A DNA stretch of 32,000 nt from Micrococcus luteus NCTC 2665 (lineage in GTDB: Bacteria > Actinomycetota > Actinomycetes > Actinomycetales > Micrococcaceae): positions 2,040,001-2,072,000 of the forward strand of contig NC_012803.1 of assembly GCF_000023205.1 (NCBI RefSeq), given 5' to 3'. The notes below the pieces were generated by a model. It was not told the DNA's origin, did not search any database, and was given only the letters and a program-made list of their open reading frames with translations. A program made the translations under genes and the position numbers. Shown piece by piece: positions 17,364 to 23,748 of the stretch. Positions within the stretch are counted from its first letter, which is position 1; the number at the start of each line of letters is the position of its first letter.

Positions 17364-17369
17364 TAGGAT
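17364..17369 (+). promoter_or_regulatory. Candidate -10 hexamer TAGGAT placed 6 nt before ATG 17376
   Basis: It matches TANNNT and has the same -10/N6/ATG geometry as the other putative leaderless starts in this window. Confidence 0.35.
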
Positions 17370-17375
17370 CGCGCC

Positions 17376-17432
17376 ATGCCCCTGACCCCGCCGCGGACCG
17401 CCCCACCCCGACCCGTGGAGGCCCGTCCGTGA
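17376..17432 (+). CDS. Putative leaderless 18-codon Pro-rich upstream ORF (MPLTPPRTAPPRPVEARP), whose stop overlaps the AEC start codon
   Basis: Translated by hand. The TGA at 17430-17432 overlaps the GTG at 17429-17431 (GTGA). There is no homology support. Confidence 0.25.
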   Translation: MPLTPPRTAPPRPVEARP

Positions 17433-18409
17433 CTCAGGTGCTCTCCGGCTTCGCGGTCGTGTGGGTGATCATCCTCGTGGGCGTCCTGGTGGGGCGCACG
17501 GGGGTGCTCGGCGAGCACGGCCGCACCGTGCTCTCCCGCGCGGCGTTCTTCATCGGCAACCCGGCCCTGCTGTTCGTCACGCTCTCCCGCGCGGACGTGG
17601 GCGCGGTGCTGGGCCCCCAGCTGTGGGTGGCCACGCTGTCCGCGTTCGCGGCGGCCGCGCTGTACCTCGCGGTGACGGTCCCGCTGCTGAAGGGCAGGTC
17701 GGCCTCGGAGCGGATCATGTCCGCACTCAGCGCCTCGCTCGTGAACTCGGCGAACCTCGGCATCCCCATCGCGGCCTACGTCCTCGGCGACGCCGCCCTG
17801 GCCGCCCCGGCGCTCATCTTCCAGCTGGCGATCTACACGCCTGTCTATGTCGCAGCGATGGACGCCGCCACCGCGCGCGAGGCCCGGCGACGCACGACGG
17901 CGGGCCGGCGTCGTGCGGTGCGCCGCTCCCCCGGCCGCGCCGCGGCCGACCAGGTCCGCCACACGGTCACCAACCCCCTGATCCTGGGCTCGGTGGCCGG
18001 CCTGGTGTTCTCTTTCACCGGCTGGTCGTTGCCGGGCCCCCTCATGGAGTCCGTGGAGCTCATCGGCGGGCTGTCCATCCCGGCGATGCTCCTGGCGTTC
18101 GGCATGTCCCTGGTCGGCTCGCGGCCGCTCGAGCGGGCCGGCGGGCGACGCGCGGACGTGCTGATCGCCTCGGCGGTGAAGCTGGTGGTGCATCCGCTGC
18201 TGGCCTGGCTGCTCGCGCAGTTCGTGTTCGGCCTGGATGCGCGGCACGTGTTCGTCGCCGTCGTCCTGGCCTCCCTGCCCACCGCACAGAACGTGTTCGT
18301 CACGGCCGTGCGCTACGACACGGGCCTGCGCGTCTCGAAGGACACGATCCTGGTCACCACGATCGTCGCGATCCCGGCGATGATCGCCGTCGCCCTGCTG
18401 TTGGCCTGA
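17429..18409 (+). CDS. AEC (auxin efflux carrier) family transporter
   Basis: The 326-aa polytopic ORF has a GTG start. The N-terminus VTQVLSGFAVVWVIILVGVLVGRTGVL and the two-halves architecture with a basic central loop are typical of the family. Confidence 0.8.
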   Translation: MTQVLSGFAVVWVIILVGVLVGRTGVLGEHGRTVLSRAAFFIGNPALLFVTLSRADVGAVLGPQLWVATLSAFAAAALYLAVTVPLLKGRSASERIMSALSASLVNSANLGIPIAAYVLGDAALAAPALIFQLAIYTPVYVAAMDAATAREARRRTTAGRRRAVRRSPGRAAADQVRHTVTNPLILGSVAGLVFSFTGWSLPGPLMESVELIGGLSIPAMLLAFGMSLVGSRPLERAGGRRADVLIASAVKLVVHPLLAWLLAQFVFGLDARHVFVAVVLASLPTAQNVFVTAVRYDTGLRVSKDTILVTTIVAIPAMIAVALLLA

Positions 18410-18467
18410 GGCCGACGACGACGGCGGCGCCCGGCCCGGTGCCACGCGCCGGACGCCTCACCGCGGC

Positions 18468-19416
18468 TCAGACGTCCCGACGGATCAGCTCGTCCAGCCC
18501 CGTGGGCGAGAGCAGGTACGGGGCGACCTCGGGCACGGTGCGCGCCCCCATCTCCCCCAGGGCCTTCGGGCGCGCGGCGGCGCGGCCGTAGGCGACCTGT
18601 GCGGCGGCGGTGGAGTCGGGGGTGGACTCCAGCTCCAGCACGAACTCGACCGCGCTGCGCGAGCCGCCGAGGTCGCCCGAGGTGACGACGTGGCACTCAC
18701 GCACGTACGGCATGCCCTGGTGGTCGCGCTCGAACTCCTCCTCGGAGATGAAGTGCACGGTGGTCTCGTACGGGGCGAAGTAGTCGGGCATCGTGGTGAT
18801 GGCCGCGTGGTCGGCCTCGTCGGCCACGACATAGCACTCACGCACGTGCGCGGAGGCGCCGGTGATCTCGGCGCCCCGGCCGGCGCGGGCCTCGGCGATC
18901 GCCTCCTCGCTGGGGATCGTGTACTGCACGCCGCGCCGGACGCCGGGGACCCGCCGGACGGCGTCGGAGTGGCCCTGCGAGAGGCCCTTGCCCCAGAACG
19001 TGTTCTGCTGCGGCTGCGGGAACAGCGCCGCGCCCAGCACCCGGTTCACCGAGAACAGGCCCGGGTCCCAGCCGGTGGAGATCATCGCCACGTGCCCGCC
19101 CTCCCGGGCCGCGGGGTCCATCTCGGCGCGGTGCCGCGGGATGAGCTGGTGGTTGTCGTCGGTGTCCACGGTGGTGAAGTGCCGCGCGTAGCCGGCCGCC
19201 TGCTCGGGGATGTCGGTGGCGCTGCCGAGGCAGAGGAACAGCACGTCGATCTCCCCGCCGTGCTCGGCGGCTCACTCCGCCGGGAGCACGGGCGTGTCCG
19301 TGTCCAGGCCGGTGCGAGAAGATGCCCACCAGCTCCATGTCCGGCTGGAGCTTCACGAGCTTCTCCACACTGCGGCCGAGGTTCCCGTATCCGACGATGC
19401 CGGCGCGGATGGTCAT
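18468..19416 (-). pseudogene. ddh: meso-diaminopimelate D-dehydrogenase, disrupted by an apparent 2-nt deletion and an in-frame TGA
   Basis: The N-terminus MTIRAGIVGYGNLGRSVEKLVKLQPDMELVGIFS lies in the frame of ORF 18838..19740, starting at ATG 19416. The rest lies in the frame of ORF 18468..19244: RTGLDTDTPVLPAE*AAEHGGEIDVLFLCLGSATDIPEQ...STGWDPGLFS...FWGKGLSQGHSDAVRRVPGV...VAPYLLSPTGLDELIRRDV. The frames switch near 19314-19317, and the TGA is at 19272-19274. The total span of 949 nt is not a multiple of 3. Confidence 0.75.
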
Positions 19417-19460
19417 GTCCGTCCTCCTGGCGGGGTCGTGGTCAGGTCGGTCCCGCCAGG

Positions 19461-20054
19461 CTAGGCCCGGCGCCGCGGGGCGCCGAGTCCGCCCGCCGGA
19501 CCGCGCAGCAGGAGCACGACGACGGCGACCAGCCCCGCCGACGCCAGCACGCTGACCACGTAGATCGGCCAGGCCCACGGGCTGTGGTCGCCCCCGCCGA
19601 TGCCGTAGGTGTCCGCGAGCGCCATGCCCGGCCCGAACGAGGCCATGAAGTAGGCCGGGGACGCGGCGATGAGCGAGGCGAGGCCCAGGACGAGGACCGC
19701 CAGGGGGTCGACTTCCTCGCGACGCCACGTGAGGAACCACAGGATCGCGGCCACACCGAACCCGGCGGCCAGGATCACGACCGGGAGGACGAAGGGGACG
19801 CCGAGCTGGCCCGCCGCGCTCAGGTCCGCGTAGATCCTCCCGAGGCCGCGGTCGCCGGGCGCGGCGGCCAACGGGTTGAGGACGAACACCTGCAGGGCCG
19901 CGAGCGCCGCGACGGCCGCGACGACGCCCGGGACCACCGCACCCGCGGCGAGCCGCACCCAGCCGGGCCGGTCGGGCAGGGCGAGGGGCGCCGTCGTCGG
20001 GCGGGGCCGGGCGGGGCGGGAGGACGCGGCGAGGCGACGGGCGGAAGGGGACAT
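19461..20054 (-). CDS. Hypothetical integral membrane protein (about 4 TM segments)
   Basis: The 197-aa ORF has hydrophobic segments (VVPGVVAAVAALAAL, VPFVLPVVILAAGFGVAAILWFL, AVLVLGLASLIAASPAYF and IYVVSVLASAGLVAVVVLLL). I do not recognise a family. Confidence 0.55.
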   Translation of the reverse strand: MSPSARRLAASSRPARPRPTTAPLALPDRPGWVRLAAGAVVPGVVAAVAALAALQVFVLNPLAAAPGDRGLGRIYADLSAAGQLGVPFVLPVVILAAGFGVAAILWFLTWRREEVDPLAVLVLGLASLIAASPAYFMASFGPGMALADTYGIGGGDHSPWAWPIYVVSVLASAGLVAVVVLLLRGPAGGLGAPRRRA

Positions 20055-20060
20055 GCGGCC

Positions 20061-20066
20061 AGGCTA
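20061..20066 (-). promoter_or_regulatory. Candidate -10 hexamer TAGCCT (minus strand) placed 6 nt before ATG 20054, suggesting a leaderless transcript
   Basis: The plus-strand sequence aggcta at 20061-20066 reads TAGCCT on the minus strand. It matches TANNNT at N6 spacing. Confidence 0.35.
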
Positions 20067-20092
20067 ACCGCTCGCCTCCGCTGCGGACACGA

Positions 20093-20137
20093 GAGCCTCC
20101 GGCGCCGTTTCGTCAACGAAAGCGTCTGCGGAGGCTC
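20093..20137 (-). promoter_or_regulatory. Third copy of the CTTTCGTT-N3-GAAACGGCG core (minus strand, 20103-20122), inside a nested palindrome
   Basis: The minus strand reads cgCTTTCGTTgacGAAACGGCG. A 14-bp perfect palindrome TTTCGTCAACGAAA lies at 20108-20121. It is flanked by 9-bp inverted repeats, gagcctccg (20093-20101) and cggaggctc (20129-20137). Confidence 0.5.
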
Positions 20138-20178
20138 CCCCGCCCCCGCCGTCTCGTCGACGACAGCGGCGGGTGAGG

Positions 20179-20658
20179 TCAGCGCACGCCGGCGCCGGAG
20201 AGGGTCTTGGCCCAGGCCTCGATGGCGTCCCAGTCGCGGAAGTCGCCGTAGTGCTCGTTGCGGGAGAGCTTGAGCTTGAGCTTCTCCAGCCGGCCCAGGC
20301 GCTCCTCGACGAGCGCCCCGCGGAAGTACGCCACCTCGCGCGGGCCGTAGGACTCGAGCTTCTCCCGCACCGGCCGGGCCAGCTCGGGCGCGCCGCCCGA
20401 GGCCAGGATCACGAGCGGCAGGTCCGCCAGCTCGGCCCGACGGGTGTTGAGGAACGTCCGGGCGTCGGTGGCGAGCGAACCCGTGTAGACCGGGGCCGCG
20501 ACGATCACCGCGTCCGCCGTGGCCAGCCACGCGGCGGCGCCCTCGACGTCCTCCACCACGGTCGGGACGGCCTGCGACGTGCGCAGCACCTCCGCGACCC
20601 GCTCGGCGATCTCGCGCGTGGATCCGTGGGCGGACGAGGTGACGATGAGCGTGGTCAT
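20179..20658 (-). CDS. Flavodoxin-like fold protein (HemG/flavodoxin_5-like)
   Basis: The 159-aa ORF begins MTTLIVTSSAHGSTREIAERVAEVL and contains DAVIVAAPVYTGSL and DFRDWDAIEAWAK, which are typical of short flavodoxin-domain proteins. Confidence 0.7.
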   Translation of the reverse strand: MTTLIVTSSAHGSTREIAERVAEVLRTSQAVPTVVEDVEGAAAWLATADAVIVAAPVYTGSLATDARTFLNTRRAELADLPLVILASGGAPELARPVREKLESYGPREVAYFRGALVEERLGRLEKLKLKLSRNEHYGDFRDWDAIEAWAKTLSGAGVR

Positions 20659-20698
20659 GGTGGGGCGCAGCCTTCGGGGTCGGGGGCGGACGACGCGC

Positions 20699-22810
20699 TC
20701 AGTGTATCCCGCGCAGGTCCAGGTCCAGGTGGGTCTCGGCGCCCTCCGGGGCCCGGTCCGGGGTGTGCACCGTGACCGGGATGCCCCAGTCCTGCTGGTA
20801 CAGGTGGCAGGCGGCGTGGTCGGGGATCGGCTGCCCCTTCTCCCCGTCGCAGGCGGCGGCCCGGGCGGTGATGTGCAGGACGCCCTCCTCGACCTCGGGG
20901 TTCAGCCGCAGCGTCCGGTGCAGCCCCGTGGACGTGCCGGCGCCCTCGAGCAGCAGCTCCTCCGGGGAGGAGGAGATCTTCAGCTGCGTGGGGTCGCCCC
21001 AGCGGTCGTCCAGCTTCTGCCCCGTGGGCGCGGCGAAGCCGATCGTCAGGTCCAGGTCCCCGGCCACCACTGGGGTGCGGGGACGCTGCGTCTGCCGCGC
21101 GCCCTCGTCCACGGTGAGGAACTCCTCCGGCACCGCCAGCCGCGTGAGCCGGTGGGCGTTGGACTCGACCACCACGATCGCGGTGTCGTTCCCGTCCGCG
21201 TCGTGCTCCACGAGCACGTCCGAGGGCTCGAGCAGCCCGCGTGCCACCGTGCTCACCGTGGCCGGGACCGCCCGGCCCGCGGCGTCCTCGCCGGCCGGGG
21301 CGTACCGGCGGATCGCGCCGTTGTACGTGTCCGCGATCAGCACGGAGCCGTCCGGCAGGGCCGTGACGCCCAGCGCGTGCTGCAGGCGCGCGCGGTCCGC
21401 CTCCCCGTCCACGTGGCCGAAGTCGAACAGGCCCGCCCCGACGGCAGTCCCGACCTCGCGGCGCCCGTCCTCCCCGGTCCGCACCCAGCGCACCGCGGAG
21501 GTCTCCGAGTCCGCGACCCACAGCGCGCCGTCCGCGCCCACGGACAGCCCCGAGGGCTGCGCGAACCAGGCCCGTCCGGCGTCGCCGTCCAGCAGGCCCT
21601 CGAGCGCCGTGCCCGCGTGCACCGCGAGCGCGCCCGTCACGGGGTCGAAGTCGAAGAGCTGGTGCGTGCCGGCCATCGCGATCACCACACGCCCCAGGGC
21701 GGGGTGCCACACGACGTCCCACGGGGAGGACAGCGAGATCGCGGTCGGCTCCCCGGGCAGGTCCGCGAGGTCGACGGCGACGTCGCCCTCGTCGTCGACG
21801 GCGGCGGCCTCCTTGGCGCGCTCGGAGTCGATGAGCTTCTGCACGCCGTTGCCGGCGAGGGTGCTCACGTAGCCGTCCGACAGGCGCAGGCCCCGCAGCC
21901 GGTGGTTGACGGAGTCCGCCACGACCACGTCGTAGCCGACGCGCTCCGCGACGTCCTCGGGCAGCAGCGCCAGGCCCTGGGGCTCGTGGAACAGCGCCTC
22001 GTCCGGCCCGCCGTCCGCGTGGCCCTTCTCCCCGGGCGTGGGGAATGCGAGCTCGGCCTGGCCCGCGTCCGCCGTGGCGGGGTCCCCGCCGCCGAACGCG
22101 CGGAGCACCGTGGTCAGGTCCTCGGCGACCTCCAGGAGGCGGTGGTGGCCGGTGTCCGAGACGAGGAACGAGCCCGGGCGGGAGCCGCGGCCGCCGAGCG
22201 ACACGGCCTTGCCGGGGAACGACAGGTCCCGGGCCACGGGCGCGGGCGGGACGTAGGGGCCGGAGCCGCGGTGCAGCGTGCCCTTGGCCTCGTGCTCGGC
22301 CACGAGCTCGCGCACGAGCCCGTAGAGCCCGGCCACGTGCCCCTCGCCGGACAGGTGCGCGGCGATGTAGCCCTCCGGGTCCACCACCACGAGGGTGGGC
22401 CACGCGCGCGCCGAGTACGCCTGCCACGTGGTCAGCTCGGGGTCGTCCAGCACGGGGTGCTCGATGGCGTAGCGCTCGACGGCGGCCGCGAGCGCGTCCG
22501 GGTCCGCCTCGTGCTCGAACTTGGGCGAGTGCACGCCCACCGTGACGAGCACGTCCGCGAACTCCTCCTCGAGCGGGCGCAGCTCGTCCAGGACGTGCAG
22601 GCAGTTGATGCAGCAGAACGTCCAGAAGTCGAGGAGGACGACCTTGCCGCGCAGGTCCTCGAGGGTCACCTGTTCGCCGCCGGTGTTCAGCCAGCCGCGG
22701 CCCACGAGCTCGGACGCGCGCACCCGGGTGGCCCCGCGCGGCACGGCGGCAGGGGCGTCAGCGGACGGGGCGGGGTTCGGGGTCTGCGGGGCGGTCATGT
22801 CCACCATCAT
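20699..22810 (-). CDS. Thioredoxin-like (redoxin) domain fused to an NHL-repeat beta-propeller (NHLRC2-like)
   Basis: The N-terminus has GKVVLLDFWTFCCINCLHVLDEL, a CxxC redoxin motif. Repeated NHL-like blocks follow (P.GLA...G.L.VADT.NH.IR). No signal peptide or TM segment is visible. The start could be any of ATG 22810, 22807 or 22798. Confidence 0.8.
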   Translation of the reverse strand: MMVDMTAPQTPNPAPSADAPAAVPRGATRVRASELVGRGWLNTGGEQVTLEDLRGKVVLLDFWTFCCINCLHVLDELRPLEEEFADVLVTVGVHSPKFEHEADPDALAAAVERYAIEHPVLDDPELTTWQAYSARAWPTLVVVDPEGYIAAHLSGEGHVAGLYGLVRELVAEHEAKGTLHRGSGPYVPPAPVARDLSFPGKAVSLGGRGSRPGSFLVSDTGHHRLLEVAEDLTTVLRAFGGGDPATADAGQAELAFPTPGEKGHADGGPDEALFHEPQGLALLPEDVAERVGYDVVVADSVNHRLRGLRLSDGYVSTLAGNGVQKLIDSERAKEAAAVDDEGDVAVDLADLPGEPTAISLSSPWDVVWHPALGRVVIAMAGTHQLFDFDPVTGALAVHAGTALEGLLDGDAGRAWFAQPSGLSVGADGALWVADSETSAVRWVRTGEDGRREVGTAVGAGLFDFGHVDGEADRARLQHALGVTALPDGSVLIADTYNGAIRRYAPAGEDAAGRAVPATVSTVARGLLEPSDVLVEHDADGNDTAIVVVESNAHRLTRLAVPEEFLTVDEGARQTQRPRTPVVAGDLDLTIGFAAPTGQKLDDRWGDPTQLKISSSPEELLLEGAGTSTGLHRTLRLNPEVEEGVLHITARAAACDGEKGQPIPDHAACHLYQQDWGIPVTVHTPDRAPEGAETHLDLDLRGIH

Positions 22811-22846
22811 GGCGCACGCACCGGACGCGTCAGCCGTGAGCGGACG

Positions 22847-22882
22847 CCGGCGGCGTCACAGGGGGAAAGACGACGCCGCCGG
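22847..22882 (-). terminator. Hairpin (11-bp stem, 14-nt loop) downstream of the lipoprotein gene
   Basis: ccggcggcgtc (22847-22857) pairs with gacgccgccgg (22872-22882). No U-tract is present. Confidence 0.35.
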
Positions 22883-22893
22883 GCGGGCCCGGC

Positions 22894-23748
22894 TCAGTCG
22901 GCGGCCAGGGCGGCGGCCAGCATCTCCTCGGCGATGAGCGTGAACTCCTTGCGCCCGGCCTCGGGCCGGCCCACGAAGGAGACCATCACCACGGCGTCGG
23001 AGGTGACGGCGGTGAGCACCTGGGCTGTGAGCTGGGGCTCGGACTCCGAGGCCAGGGTCCGCTCCCACACGAGGGCGGACTGCGCGGGGGTGCCGTCGGA
23101 CAGCGGCGCGTCGGAGACCTCGAGGCGGTAGTCGACGGTCGCGTCCCCCTCCTGCACGGTCATGGTCATCTCGCGGCAGTCGGCGCGCAGGGCATTGACG
23201 GTCTGGATGTGCCGCTCGACGTCCTGGCGGCCCTGGCCCGTGAGCCGGGCGACCTCCACGGTGCCCGTGCCCGTGAAGGTGTCGGCGCCGACGTCCACGC
23301 GCGTGGCCTCGGCCCCGTCGAGGGCGATCGGGGAGAAGTCCAGGGCGGTCAGCGGCGCCTTGCACTGCGCCGGCTGCACGGTGGTCCGGTCCGCGTCCGC
23401 GCGCCGGTCCCGGAAGTCCTCGCGGGCCGCGTCGATCTCCTCCGCCGTGGCGGCCCGCTGGCGGACGAAGCCGAACGTGGCCGCACGCTCGGCCGCGGCC
23501 TCCGCCACGCGCTCGTCCTGACGGTCGCCCAGGCCGAGCCCCTCCGGGGCCGCCGCCTCCGTGGGCGCCGCGGTGCCGGCGTCGTCATGGACTCCGTCTG
23601 CGGGCACGGACGCGGCGGCCGGATCGCCGTCCCCGGCCCCGCAGCCCGTCAGGGCCAGCAGGCCGGCGGCGACGGCAGCCACGAGGCGTGGCCGACCACG
23701 CCGGGGCGCGGCCGGGCGGCCGAGGGGAGGAAGACGGTCAGCGGACAT
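22894..23748 (-). CDS. Putative lipoprotein of unknown function
   Basis: From ATG 23748: MSADRLPPLGRPAAPRRGRPRLVAAVAAGLLALTGCGAGDG, which has a lipobox LTGC. The start overlaps the CopD/CtaG stop by 11 nt. The upstream part of listed ORF 22894..23880 would overlap that gene extensively. Confidence 0.6.
   Translation of the reverse strand: MSADRLPPLGRPAAPRRGRPRLVAAVAAGLLALTGCGAGDGDPAAASVPADGVHDDAGTAAPTEAAAPEGLGLGDRQDERVAEAAAERAATFGFVRQRAATAEEIDAAREDFRDRRADADRTTVQPAQCKAPLTALDFSPIALDGAEATRVDVGADTFTGTGTVEVARLTGQGRQDVERHIQTVNALRADCREMTMTVQEGDATVDYRLEVSDAPLSDGTPAQSALVWERTLASESEPQLTAQVLTAVTSDAVVMVSFVGRPEAGRKEFTLIAEEMLAAALAAD

Noticed and set aside
16481-20700. Possible genomic island integrated at tRNA-Gly
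   Set aside because: There is no integrase, recombinase or phage gene. I found no direct repeat of the tRNA 3' end, and I see no evident compositional shift. The gene content is ordinary: DUF2087, an AEC transporter, the ddh remnant and a flavodoxin-like gene.
20519-23131. The 870-aa plus-strand ORF and the 590-aa minus-strand ORF (20655..22427) overlapping the Trx-NHL gene
   Set aside because: The frame 20699..22810 carries the CxxC redoxin motif and NHL repeats. The other two frames are Arg/Gly/Pro-rich artefacts.
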